Positions 50,401 through 63,479 of a stretch of 64,000 nucleotides of DNA are shown here, piece after piece. A program made the translations under genes and the position numbers. Position 1 is the stretch's first letter. Every line of letters begins with the position of its first letter. The notes beneath the pieces are model-generated. The model had not been told where the DNA came from. It ran no database searches and saw only the letters and a list, made by a program, of their open reading frames with translations. Source of the stretch: Rhynchobatus australiae (lineage: Eukaryota). Where the stretch lies: positions 17,625,390-17,689,389 of the forward strand of contig JAUZTB010000042.1 of NCBI GenBank assembly GCA_034780895.1. The letters are read 5' to 3'.

Positions 50401-50989
50401 AATTTAAAGAAATTAAACCAGTTTAGAAATATTAAAAGACTCTGAAAAGGGAAGTAATCTCAGTTTATAAAAAAATGTGAATTAATTGGAATTCATAAAC
50501 AGAGATGCTGTTCTTGTGTCAGTTCTAAGCTGGTGCAAAGTGCTTGAGCAGATTCCGCAGTGTTGAAGTTGGGGAATTACCATTAATTCACATTACACTG
50601 CAAGACTCCACGAGTCATTCAATGTCAGAACAAATTCTTGGAAAATATCACAAACAGCTGACAGCAGTTGGGGGAATTCTGTATCTACACACAGATCCTA
50701 AAATTGTAAGTAATTTACCCTGCAAGATTTGAGCCATTGTCTTCAAAGACCTTTGAACAATAAATAAGGGACTATATAAATACAACNNNNNNNNNNNNNN
50801 NTTCTCTTTCATACACAAATACTTAGAAGCTATGGGGTAGCAGGTATGCAAAATCCACAGTAAGGTGTTGTATACATGTTGAATTTGGCTTTGGAAATCA
50901 ACCTTTGGAAATGGAGTAGCACGTGCTATGGCATCAAGACTTTATTAAGTGTGACTGAGGAAGAATAGGAATTGTGAAATGACAATAAG

Positions 50990-51345
50990 TTAAGAAATAG
51001 AGTACACCATATGGCCCCCTCGAGCCTGCTTCACCACCCAGTAAGATCATGCTGATCTGATCACCGGCTTCAGCTCCATTTTCTTGCCGATTCAGTTTCC
51101 CCTACAGTTAAAAATCTGAGCTCAGCCTTGAACATAAGCAACAACTTGACATCCATGCACTCAGAGAATTACAAAGATTCACAACACAGACATATGTATC
51201 TTCCTCCTTTCGGTACCAAGTGATTGATCTGTGATCCTGAGGCTATTCTTCTAGTTCTGAACTCCCCGCAACAAATACCCCGTCAAGCCCTGTTGAATGT
51301 TGCGTGTTTTGATGAGATCACTTCTCCTCTTCTAAACTCCAGGGA
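50990..51345 (-). mobile_element. CR1 LINE 3' end
   Basis: TAAGAAATAG..GGCCCCCTCGAGCCTGCT..AAGATCATG.CTGATCTG and CTTCTAAACTCCAG, typical reversed CR1 tail. Confidence 0.8.
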
Positions 51346-51759
51346 GTTTCTTGGAAATTCGCAATGAGTTGAAGGAACAATGCGTTCTACATTTCAATCA
51401 AACTACTCCATTTTGGGCATTTTTGCTCAAGATTTGTGTGATTTTTAAATTAGCATTTACTTTTTGTTACTGCTCTATAATGTGAACCTTTGGCCAGTTT
51501 GTGAATGAGTAATAGGCTGTAAAATTGTTTGTTCAGTGTCCACAACTTGGGCACTATCACAGTCAATACTTGTACAATTTAGTGTGTGATACGTATGCAT
51601 ACTTGTGGAGCATGGGTTGTGCTATCCACTGTTTTAGACAAGGTAAACCTTGTGCAATGCCATACAACCTTGGAGAAGCAGTGGGGGCAGATCATGGCAC
51701 TAGGAATGCAGCATGATAGGGAGAGTGAGGAAACTAAAGCCAGGGCAGAGGGGAAAGGG

Positions 51760-52640
51760 GAGAAGATTGAAAAGGGGCCACAGAGGAGGCTGCTTCCACC
51801 AAGGATTTTCTAAGATCAATCCTTCTACATGTACCTTAGCATGGAGCAGAGTGACATGACTCCGATACAGTTAGGAGATCCTCAATGAAAATGTGGTCAG
51901 CACAACTATCATAAAAGTGGGATAAGGGCCACTTTGCCATTCACTGTTAGTTACTTTTACACAGCTATCTCTTTCCAATCTAACAAGCTGCAGCTTGTTG
52001 CGTGAAGACATCAGATTTTGTTACTCTGGGTTAATAGAATTTATCTGATTCTCTTGCCAGAGAATAATGAGGTGAGGGAGACCGTGGCTTTGACAAGACT
52101 GGGGGCTTCCCAGAGCTGCAGGGTTCCATTGAAAGCACTTTTGTCACATTGTGGATGAACTTAAGGACACCAGACTGTATAGGTGTTACATAATGCTGCA
52201 AGATGTATCATGATGGTTACTTCCAGGTATCCATGTAGCAGTCATAATAGATTCATTCTGCACTAGTTCATAGTGCCATTCACATTTGAGCCAGCTCACC
52301 ACATGAAAGGGTGGTCACTGAATGAGAAGTGCTATCATCATATCACATGGCTTTTGACACTGATGTGCAGCCTTACACGAGGATATTGTGAATGCAACAA
52401 ATGCCGTGCTCTCCCCACAATCTGGTGGAGTAGACCTCTGACGTGCTCACATAACAGTTCTGTGGCCTGAAGCATTGTGGAGGAACCTCGCCGTTTTCAG
52501 CAGTAAAGGCCTCGAAGGTTTGTTGTGGCTTGCTGTATGTTGCACAATGTCACAATCGCATGGGTTCAGTCTTTGCTGTACTAAGAAGCTGCAGAGCAGG
52601 AGGGAGAAGACGAAGGGAAGAGGGCAGACTGACAACAGTT
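51760..52640 (+). pseudogene. Decayed PIF/Harbinger (HARBI1-like DDE) transposase
   Basis: Collinear motifs GFPELQGSIESTFV (GFP..GAIDCTHV), VTSRYPCSSHNRFIL (ARYPGSSHDAFIL), GWSLNEKCYHHITWLLT (GWLLGDKGYPL..WLMT) and VVACCMLHN; stops and frameshifts present. Confidence 0.85.
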
Positions 52641-53769
52641 ATTCTGACTGTACACTAGGCACAATCCCAGTTCCCCTGTTGTAACAGTTACCACCTCGGT
52701 TTTCCTTTGTTGACCTTCACGATGTTGAAATGCAATAGGTGGCCATGACGAGAGAATAAAAACAACATTGCAGACCAAACTGATGAATCAAATAATGCCC
52801 AATGCCCCACATATGCTTTCCAATCATTCCCTCAGTGTTCATTCAGCAGCTGCCTGAGTCGTGTAAGCACTGCTGTCCCAGTGACTACAGCATGAATGAG
52901 TACAGCTTCAGCTGACCTTGGAGCAGCTGTGGGCCTGACAGGCTTCGCTTTGGACGACATCATTGTACTACAATCACCAGGCAACAGCAGAGGGCAAGGA
53001 TGGGATCAGAAATACTGTTGCCCTGAAAGTATTTGTGATCCAATCCTGACCAGATTTGTGCTTTTATGGAAAATTGGGGCAGCACCTTGGCAATCTGATT
53101 GATCTGTTGNNNNNNNNNNNNNNNNNNNNNNNNNNNNNNNNNNNNNNNNNNNNNNNNNNNNNNNNNNNNNNNNNNNNNNNNNNNNNNNNNNNNNNNNNNN
53201 NCAGGTGTTTGAGCTGGGATTGGTGGAAGCAGAGGCAAAGGCCACTGAACCATGACAGTAGTGCCCACCAAATGTGTTAGTAATGTTGCCCATTGCTTCT
53301 ACACTGGCAAGGCCAAGCTCTAAACTGAATTAACCCTTGTGTGAGGGTTTTCGCTGGAGTGCCTTATCTCCTTGATGTTCCATGTATGCTTTCTGGCAGA
53401 CCTTCCAAAGCACAAGGTATTTCATTCGCTGTATTCATCCATTTCCTGCTGTAAACTGTCCCATTAGTGTTCCCATTCCAAGTCCTCTACATGTGCCATT
53501 TCACTCCAGGAATTTGGATGGGTGACCTTTCCCTCTTCCTAGGCTGCAAGCCACCCATATTGGGTGCCTCACCAGAGGCAGGTGCTGACTCTAATCTCGG
53601 CTCTTGTGCCTAGTGACTGCAATTATTAGATCAAGTGTCCTTGCGTCTGATCTTTGCTTTTTGCTGTTCAATCACCGTCTAGATGCAGTCTGAGAGGAGG
53701 AAGATTATACAGTTAACGTGGTGAATGAGTACACCAGCTCCAGTTTGTAAATGACAAGAGGTTATGTGA

Positions 53770-54357
53770 TGAGGGAGAATGGGACATTACAAGATAGCCC
53801 ATTGCTGTCGTGGACTGTGACACAGCTGCTCCCATTCTGGTGAGCATCTGTTCCTCCTGGAGATGAAGTAAGGGGATATAGTCCTGCCCCAGTCGCCACA
53901 CTTTGCACTTGCTTGTTGTGGAAGGAAGAATGTGTGTCAGTGAGTGTTGCTTGAGGTATCTGATGTAAGTGATGATGCCAAGGTTGAATAGCTTGCAGTG
54001 TTTGCAAGTTCTGAGGCTTGAAAGTGAGTGAGGGTGTGGGAGGTTACTTGAATATTGGGTCCCTATCCTGATTGATAGATATTACTGTATTTGATGGAGG
54101 TGTGTGAAATAGTGGCAAAGGCTGATAATTCACTTGCTGGGATTCATCTATTAAAATGCATTCATTGACTTTAACCAGGTATGTGAAGTCATCAAACCTT
54201 TGCAATGCTGCCTTTGGGTCTATGGGGCTTGACTCTTGGCATTGACCGTCACAGCTGTCACTTTAGTTTCACCATGTGTCTGGAGGCCTCCTGACCATCT
54301 ACAGATACAGGACATCTCTCTTCCTTTGCACTTCCTCTTCCAAGCTCTCTAGTGCAG
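53770..54357 (-). pseudogene. Decayed Myb/SANT DNA-binding partner gene of Harbinger (NAIF1-like)
   Basis: Minus strand ALESLEEEVQRKRDVLYL*MVRRPP ... AVTVNAKSQAP*TQRQHCK/RFDDF, resembling ALEALVEEV..RRDVLYP...VNA.S..PRTW.QCRKKFNDL. Confidence 0.7.
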
Positions 54358-55619
54358 NNNNNNNNNNTCTCTTGTCATAATCTACAGTTACCTTTGAATG
54401 AGTTTGCCCAGGCTGCACCCACAAAGCATGTCCTCTTTAAGTGATGCAGGTTGCCTTTAATCAGTGTAACTTAAATGGTTCTAACTGCTCACAAAATTGT
54501 GCCCCTTGGAGATGCACAAAAGCAATCAGCAGCAATATTAGTGATGGATAAACACCAAAGTTAAAAGAGCAATATGACAACATGTTATTGTTAGTGATAA
54601 GNNNNNNNNNNNNNNATAACCAGTACATTTCAAATGAATTAATAGCTCCATTAAAATAACTGATAAAGCAATTTGATCTGATTGTGTTACAAATTCTCAG
54701 TCATTTCCAGCATATGTTTTAAGTTTTTTTAAAATAGAAAACATTGTAGTGCAATTTAATTAGAATTATGGAGTGTTGCAGAAAAGGGGTAAAACATTTG
54801 GCCCACAGAATCCATGCCAGCTCATTGGTAGAACTCCTAAGTTAATCCTTCTCCACTTTATCTATAAGCTTGTAAATTACTGCCCTTCACATTAAGCATT
54901 CAGCTAGACCTTCTCTGGGAGAGGAAAAATTCCTTCATTTGTGTCATAAGTGGGTAATGCCTGATTCTGAAATTGGTTTTAGTTTCCCCCATGAGGAGCA
55001 ACATCCTCTCATCATCTAAAGGGTGTGGTAAAGGTGAATGAATATCACAAGGTGAGAAAGGAAATTTGAAATTACCAGGAGACGGAAAAAGGACTGGAAA
55101 TGTGAGGTACAAGGCTGCAATGTGCTGAGTCAAAAGGTGAGGTGCTGTGTCTTGAGCTCACGTTGAGTTTCATTCAAGTATAGGAAGGCAAAGATGGGAT
55201 GGACTAGAGAATTAAAGTGGCACCTGTAAGTTCAGATCACACTTGCATACTGAACAAAGGTTTTCGGTACAGTGATCACCCAATCTGCATTTGGCTTCCA
55301 TGATGTAAAGGACACTGAATGCATTACGCTAGTTTGGAAGAAGTTCAAGTTAATTGTGCTTCACTTTGAAATTGGTTGGGTCCCTGGGTGGTGGAGAAGG
55401 GTAGTGAAAGTTTAGAGTCTTCAATGTTATGGATACTCAAAGCTATCTTTTTCCATGCTAAATATAATATGTGTAGTCATTGGAAAAGTTGCAACAAATG
55501 CTCAACAGTTAAGTGGTTCAAGGGAGCATATCTAGACATTGCACTGGACAAAATGCTGATGTGAATACCCCTTCATTTTCAAATGAAACAGTTGCATTTT
55601 TGGCTCAAAGGAGAATACA

Positions 55620-56900
55620 ATTGAAGTGAATATTCCACAAATTGAAGTAGGTCATCCAAAATATTCTGGCAGTTCAGGAGACTGAAGGGCCTTGACATGG
55701 TTGTGATACAAATTGTTGGAAAATATGCACATTACCCCACTATTTAATACAATAGAGGGGTCTGACTAGAGAATTATAGGCCTCTTAGCATAATAGTTGA
55801 GAAATCATTAGACTCTACAATGAAGGATGGTGTACCTGAATATGAAGAAACTTTTCCACTGATTGGAGAGAGGCAGCATGGATAGATAAAGAGAAGGGCA
55901 TGCCTGATGACCCGAATTGAATTTTTAAAGAGATGATGAACGTGGTGGATGGGGTTGTCCATAAGGCAATGTATGAAATCCCTCGTAGGAGACTGTGTCA
56001 TTTTTGAAGTTTGTGGAATTGAAAGCAAATCATTGAGTTGGTTAGAAAATTTCTTCAGTGCCAGGAGACAGAATTGGGATAAATGGGCAGACAGCCAATT
56101 TGGCAGGAAACAAGAATCTGTGTTGGGGCAACGACTATTAACCACGTCAATAAAAGATGGAGGAGAAAGTCATGCATCCACGTTTGTTGATGAGAAACAG
56201 AGGCATTGTGGATAGTAAATCTGAAAGCATTAAGTTGCAAAGAAATTTTAATAGATTGAGCAAATCATCAAAACTGTGAAACTTAGGTTTCAGTGTGGGT
56301 GATTTTGAGGTTATTAAGTTTGAATATAAATTAGAACGTAGTGCTTACTAAATTGTGAAAAACTGGCAGTGGAGATTCGGAGACCTAAAGGCTCATGTAC
56401 ATTTAGAGCATGGTAACAGGCCCTTCCGGCCCAACGAGTCCGCACCGCACATTTTAAACCCCAAATTAACCTACCCGTACATCTTTAGAATGTGGGAGGA
56501 AACCGGAGCACCCGGAGGAAACCCACNNNNNNNNNNNNNNNNNNNNNNNNNNNNNNNNNNNNNNNNNNNNNNNNNNNNNNNNNNNNNNNNNNNNNNNNNN
56601 NNNNNNNNNNNNNNNNNNNNNNNNNNGGAGGAAACCGGAGCACCCGGAGGAAACCCACGCAGACACAGGAGAATGTACAAACTCCTTACAGGCAGTGGCG
56701 GGAATCGAACCTGGGTTTCTGGTGCTGTAATGGGGTCACGCTAACCGCTATGCTACCGTGCCGCCCTAATGGACAGATGCAGAAAATAAGCAGCAGTAAT
56801 GGGCTCTGAAGTTATACTAAAGCGAAACAAAAATACTGACTTGACCACACCTGGAATTCTTTGAGGCAGTTCTGGGTACAGGTCAGGAAGAATATATTGA
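55620..56900 (+). mobile_element. Degraded CR1 ORF2 interrupted by a younger SINE
   Basis: NYRPLS, GERQHG.IKRRACL, QESVLGQRLL and LQRNFNRLSK motifs. Confidence 0.75.
56405..56766 (-). mobile_element. Young V-SINE (HE1-like) spanning a probable false gap
   Basis: CpG-intact GGAGGAAACCGGAGCACCCGGAGGAAACCCACGCAG, reverse box B GGGAATCGAACC, head CTACCGTGCCGCCC. Confidence 0.92.
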
Positions 56901-57799
56901 ACAGAATGATACCTCTTTCTGTGAAGCACTTGCCTGGTTATGGGCTGGTGTACATAATGTACATATTCCATTTACCCATTTCCCACTGTTCCCATTACTC
57001 ACTGCAGATCTAGGCTTTCTAGGCAGCGAATTCTGTATTGAAGTTTAAAATATTTTGTAACTTGTAAAGCTATTTTGGAATTGTATTTCTATTTGTGTAT
57101 GTCTCTCTGGGGGTTCATTTATTATTTAATTTTCAGGAGCCTTTGTTTTGCTCTTTTTCCAGCAGTTACACCTGAGCTACCACAGGTTTCAGAGAGGAAT
57201 AGCTGCACTTTTTTAAGATATGAGGTGGCAATAAGGAAGACCTTGATAGTACTCGGGTCTACAAGAGAAACTATTCACATTTTTACCAGAGGAGAAGCCT
57301 TTGAAGGATGCTGCAGTAGAGTTATGTTGCATGTTCTTTTCACACCAGCTCCCAAACTCCTCCACAGACTGAGCACATTGTGTTCATCAAGGTCATAACT
57401 GCCTGTGGCATTGATTCTTCAGGATCCAATTAGCTGCAGAAGTCTGTGTAAAAGAAATCACTGATGCCTTGTTTTCTGGAGCAAACACCTTTACTTCCAA
57501 ACTCTTGGCAATTAACAGCAGCTTGGGAAAGCCATATATTTTTTATTTGAGTAGTTAGATTCTCAAGGGGGTTTTAGGTTGCACTTATGTGGCCCTGCAT
57601 ATTGCAGTACACAATACCCATACCAATATGAATAGGTCACGCATTTGTGACCGTCAGCACTGAATCCTATAAGTTAGTGCTTATTATTAAGGCAGAAGTA
57701 ACAGTGCCTTCATTTGAAGTAACAAACCATTCCCTAATATTTGACACCTGATGATGCACATCCAGATTAGATTGCATCTTTTTCAGTACGCACAAAGAG

Positions 57800-58625
57800 G
57801 CTTCAAGGTCATATAGACAAGCTGAGCGAGAGGCAGATGGAATATAATGTGGAAAAATGGTAGATCATTCACTTGGCCTCAAAAAATAAATTGAGGTGGT
57901 GTTGATATTCGAATGGATCTAGGTGGGCCTGTATTACTGAAAGTGCTACAATACTATGCATAGTTTATGACAATAAGTGCCAGTATACTGCAGGTGCCAC
58001 AAATAATTGGGATGGCAAATGGTATGTTGGCTTTTATTAAAGGAGGATTTGAAAACCAGTGTAGAGTTTTACTGGAATTGTGTAGGCCTTGGTGAGACTG
58101 CCCTGGAGTACTGTGTACATTTTTGCTTTCTGTACGTATTTGCCATAGAGGGAGTGCAGTGGAGATTCACTAGACTGGTTCTAGGGATGGTGAGTTTGCC
58201 CTCTGAGAGACTGAGTAGACTAGGCCTGTATTCTCTCAAGTTTAGAAGAATGAGAGGTGATCTCATTGAAATGTATTAAATTCATCCGGGGCTCAGCAGG
58301 CTGGATGCAAAGGGGATGTTTCCCCTGGCTGAAGTGTGAAGAACCATGGGCCAAACTCAGATTAGGGTGGAGCCTCTTTAGGACTGAGATGAGGTGAAAT
58401 TTCTTCTCTTAGCGGGTGGCAAATCTCTAAAATTCATTACCCTGAAGGGCTGTGGAGGCTCAGTCACTGAGTTCATTCAAAACAAAGTATAGAAATGCCT
58501 TGCCCTAATTAAGGGATCAAAGGAAAATGGCATTGAGGTAGAAGATCAGCCGTGTGCTTGATGAATGGCAGAGCAGGCTTGAAGGGTTGGACGGCCTACT
58601 CCTGACCCTGCTTCTTCTGTTCTTG
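57800..58625 (+). mobile_element. CR1 LINE 3' end
   Basis: LEYCVHF..AIEGVQWRFTRLVLGM..ERLSRLGLYSLKFRRMRGDLIE; tail GGCCTACTCCTG. Confidence 0.9.
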
Positions 58626-59309
58626 TGTCTCAGGAAAATTTTTGAGAGACTGATGATATCCATTGGATTCATACCTCAATTTGTGTGCTATTCTAGGACG
58701 CTAGCTACATGTATGTAAGATAAAATGCATGCATTCAAAGTAATTGTTGAGCACATTGCAGCAGTATTTCAGATTCTTGTGAAGATCTGAAGGCATCCTG
58801 CAATATGACCTTGTAAGTGTTTCAGAGATCTGTTATTGTGGAAGTTGTGCAGATTTGCTGTGCTCAGAAGAGGTTTCCCTGTACAAAGCAGCTTAGAGAG
58901 GCGCTGCCCAACAGGAATAGTAAGAGAATGGGACAGAGAACAGCAGAACCTGTTCCTGGTTGCAAGAGTCATCCAGCAAGTTCTCATAGAAAATGACTTC
59001 TCTTAAGTCGACAATATGCCCACTGCTTTACAGTTCACTCTTCATATTGCTACGTCCACCATAAATAAGCCATTACCTGAACTGCTTTAAACCTTCTAAG
59101 CTCTGCTCAGGGTCATATTTGCACCTCCTGATAAAACATGGCTGAAAACCACTGGATAAACATGTTCTGAGAAAAGCTTCAGTTCTACCACATTTTTAAG
59201 TTCTGCATTAATTCTGCTTGATGATAGAATATGATTTATATTTGTTGTTAAATCAGAGGATGAATTGAGGTTCAATTTTTAGCAATAGACACCAACAGAA
59301 TTTCTCTGC

Positions 59310-60020
59310 TCTTCTTGGAATGGTGAGTGACAGAAAGACACTGGTGTTCAGAGGGGCCTGGTTGCTGTTGCACACCAAGCACAATATTAACATGCAGGTT
59401 CCACAAGCAGCTCTGAAAGCAAATGGCTAACTCTACTGCAAAAGGACAGTAGTGGAAGAGTAGAAATGTCTTGCACTGATCCTAAATGGCCCTGGTAAGA
59501 CTATATTTGACTATTATGTAAAGTTGCACTAGAGGGAGTGCAGCGAAGGTTTGTGAGAGTGATTTCTGGGATAGCAAGTTTGATAATATGAGGAGTGGGT
59601 AAGCAGACATGGGCTATGCTCTTTTGAGTTCAAAATAATTAAATGTGATGGCATTAAACATAAAAATCCTTACAAAGTTTAATAAAGTTGATGTGGGTTT
59701 GATACTCCCCCTGGCTGGGGTCTTTAAAATGAGGGGTTGCAGTCCCAAGTAAGGGGTTGGCCATTCAGGATCGAGATGAGAAGGAATTTCTTCACCAAGA
59801 ATGTGGTAAGTCTTTGGCATTCTCTACCCGAGAGGACTGGCGGTTCAGTCATTCGAGTGTAGTTAACACAGCAATTGATAAATTTTCAGATATTAGGAGA
59901 ATTAAGGGATATAGATTAGTGAAGGAAAGTTGGCCCTAAGGTAAAAGATCAGCTGTGGCACTGAACGACACAATAGGCACGAGAGGCAGAATTGCCTACT
60001 TCTGTTTCTATTTCTTATGG
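59310..60020 (+). mobile_element. CR1 LINE 3' end (degraded)
   Basis: GAGGGAGTGCAGCGAAGGTTT, GAGATGAGAAGGAATTTCTTCACC, tail GCCTACTTCTGTTTCTATTTCTTATG. Confidence 0.85.
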
Positions 60021-62199
60021 CTGTGTGTCTTTTACCCTTTTCCTGCAAGATTGAGCTGATATCCCATTTACACAATAACTTTATAAGATCAGAAATTTCC
60101 TATGATTGACGCTGCTTCTAGGGTCTTTTAGCGTATTATTTCAGTCTGCTTTAAATAGTCTGCACATGGTAGTTTAGGTCAGTAATTTCTTTTATATACA
60201 GTACTCATGGCTACAAGTCATACTTGACTATCAAGAGTTGTACTACCTTTTATGACAATGCTGTGTGTTGTTCCAGTGTGAAGTATAAAACCCTTGGCAT
60301 GGCACACCACATGTGAAACTCTAACACTTTATACAAGCAGAGTTCAAATAAAAATGTTCTCACCATAGCAGCATTATGAATTTTAATAGCAAAAATAAAT
60401 TTCATGCTACAATAAAGGTGACATAATCCGCAGCTTTGACCATTTAATGTATTAGAGGTGTTGAGCAACAGATTAAAATTAATCCTTGAGAAAAATTTCT
60501 TTTGAGAGACATCAATGGATTCCTTGGCAGCTGTACTGAGATACACAGATGTGCTTTCAAAATATGGTACTACAATAAAAACTTCCAAAGAGGTTTATGG
60601 GAAGAATAGTATGAGGCAAGGTATTCAAAAGTTAGTTTTGAGTTAAACACATATTAAAATTATTTTCAAAAACTTAGTTGTTTCTCATTGAAAATTTTTA
60701 AATGATCCTCTAAGATTTTACTGCAAGNNNNNNNNNNNNGATGTTGTATTCAGGTGTGTTGCTACATTTGATAATACAGAAGCTACAATAAAAAAAGCGT
60801 ACCATCACTTAATATAATTTTAATCACTGAAGATATTTTCAATGCAGGCTTTTCAATGCAATATGTAAATTGAACTTTACGCTTAAAGGACTACTGTTTA
60901 TTTAAATATTCAATTGTTATTAGTCAGGTACAGGTATAAAATAAGGTGCTAGCAAGTTGCATTAGATGAACAAATTAGAACAATGGGCTGGAAAATACTG
61001 GCAGGAAAATACTGGCAGTGCTGTACTGAAATGTCAGGAGTGGAGAGGTGGTGAACTTGTTGGCTGCCTTTTGCATGGGTTTTGCTGACCATGCTCCAAC
61101 ATTGGACTCATGGATTGTTGTGACAGAATACAAATCTGCTGCAATTCCTTATTACTTAGGCTGGGAAACCTGCCCACTGAACCTTAACAACAGTGAGTCT
61201 ATTTATTTTGAAAGGGAGAAATAGCTGCAAGGAACATGAGTACTAGGAAATTTTTGTTTGTGTATTAATTGTGTTTTGCTATACATAACTTCTACATCTG
61301 CTCCCTTGTACCCTACAAGATAACAAAACTGCATTCCATTAGTTTTTTTTTGATTTATTTTCAATGTCTCTCCCAGATATGTTACTGATTCCTCTACATG
61401 GAACCACAACATTTCTTGGGTCCGCCATTGCTTCGAGGTTTTCAACATTCACAGGGTACTCAGTTGTACCCTTTTTGGGGTTGACACCTGTCTAATTTGA
61501 GATCCATTTTCCACAATTTTATCCATTCCTTTAAATATGTTAGTGTAATTTAATGATGCTATCTTCATTTCCTACTATGCTGGCTAACTTTTTGTCAATG
61601 GAAGACTTGGATATGTGACTTGCCCTCCCATCATCTAAGGAATTTACAATCATGATGAGCACTTGTGCCTCCAACTGTGTCACTCTTCTCCCACTCTTCC
61701 TCTCACATGCCTGATGTTTCCTCAACATAGAACCAACTCAGTTTTGGGAATTTTCATGCTCTAATTTTCCTCGTTTGACTTTGACCGTAAAGTTGTATGT
61801 CACCTTGGGCTCAGTTTAAAAGGACAATGACTGGACTCCATACAACTCAATCTAAGTTACTTTTGAATTTCCAACACCAATATCTAGATGCTAAAAGGAA
61901 GTTGTGCAATTCAAAATCATTTTTCCTCTTAATTTTTACCTCTCTTCCCTTGGTAAGCACGTGGCCTTGGATTCTTTATTCTCCATATTAATGCAGCCAA
62001 GATCAAAAACTTAGTACCATCCTACCAGCCGGTGACATGGTGGTATTGTATGCAATACAATAAAAGGGCAGTGACTCATTTTACCATTTTTTAAAAAAAG
62101 GAACACAGCAGAGAAACACTTAATCTTTCAAGTCTATGATCTTCCATCAGTAATTTAATTTTAATCACAATAAAGTAAAACAAAATAATAGTAAGAAAA

Positions 62200-62320
62200 G
62201 AAGGGTTGATGTTTGGCTGGTGAAATGGTGTAGGAGAAAGGGCTTCAGAATCCTAGGACATTGGGATATGCCCTGAGGAATGAGGAATCTATGCATTAAC
62301 AGGTTGCACCAGTGTTGAGA
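62200..62320 (+). mobile_element. CR1 ORF1 (SGNH esterase-like) remnant
   Basis: VWLVKWCRRKGFRILGHW, matching CR1 ORF1 WL..WCRREGF.FL.HW. Confidence 0.7.
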
Positions 62321-63166
62321 CCATTGATCTTACAGTGTGGCAAACTAGTAATGTAGACATTGAGCTCTGGCCACAGGTGGCCATGTAGGACTATGTTCTT
62401 CTGACAATAACAAGGACCTGGCTCAAAGGAGAGGAGTGGGCACAATGTTTCTGTATCCAATGTATTTAGGAAAGAAAAGGACAGGGTGTAGGTAGTGAAA
62501 ATTCTCAACACTAGGCAATCCAATGTCTATAGGTTGAAAATGGATGAAGGATTGGCAACAAACAGTTAATGATCAAAGGGAGTCTTTCAAAAAAGGAGAT
62601 AATTTGGGTACAGATTGGAAACATTCCCACAGGGGCGAAATGAACTTTGAGCTTCCTGGATGATGAAAGACAGAGGTCAATGGAAAGAAAGCTTTGTAAC
62701 AAATGCCGGTTTTGTAACGCAGTAGAAACCAAGTCGAATATAAAATGTACAAAGAAAATACATGAAGAGGAAGTAAGTTTATGAGAATAGATCAATGGCG
62801 TAGTGTGGGGAGGGGGGACAATCGGGAATCAGGGTGGTATGGTTGATTCCATACGTGGTCAGGCCTGGATACAATTCCAGCATATAGTTTTTTTTTAAAA
62901 GTAAAGAATGGTTGTTTGGTGAGTGACCACTTGTCATTGACTAACAGTTACTCCTGGAACTACGTGATTCAATTTCCAACACAACATTCCCAAAGGAATA
63001 TAGCATGAAATAACATAGCCAAGGAGTGAAAGGTGACTGATGTAGCTGGCCAAATTTCCAGAACGTTGTCAAATGTGACAAAAAAGATTACGACTGCCAT
63101 TTTGTGACTTACTGATCTATATTGGATCACGTCGAGCTGGGAACAAAGCATCCCAGGATCCAATTG

Positions 63167-63184
63167 TGCCAGCAGAGGGCAGGG
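63167..63184 (+). promoter_or_regulatory. Candidate CTCF binding site
   Basis: TGCCAGCAGAGGGCAGGG closely matches the CTCF core CCASYAGRKGGCRS. Confidence 0.6.
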
Positions 63185-63253
63185 CTGAGGTATTATGTAA
63201 GCACTTTGCATCTACCTTCACTTTAAAAAAAGAAACTAATAAACTGAAAATAA

Positions 63254-63410
63254 TAAAACTGCAGATACTGGAAATCTAACATGAAAACAGAAAATGCTGG
63301 AAACACTCAGCACGATTTTGGAGCTTTGACCTGAAATGTTAACTCTGTTTCTCTTTCCACAGATGCCCCCGAACTGCTGAGTGTTTTCAGCATGTTCAGT
63401 TTTTATTTCA
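63254..63410. repeat. Palindromic elasmobranch repeat
   Basis: TGAAAACAGAAAATGCTGGAAACACTCAGCA ... TGCTGAGTGTTTTCAGCATGTTCAGTTTTTATTTCA inverted arms. Confidence 0.8.
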
Positions 63411-63479
63411 CTAAAGAGGATGTTACTGATGGCTTAGTAAACAATGAAGCTGTAAAGTAATTGACTCTGGATAAAATTA

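Noticed and set aside
56690-56766. tRNA-like box A/B sequence
   Set aside because: It is the head of a V-SINE; no full cloverleaf.
61960-62050. TGGTG|GTATTG as a possible WNT5 exon 2 end
   Set aside because: Upstream translation (...IKNLVPSYQPVTW) lacks a signal peptide and the ANSWW motif; the donor is weak.
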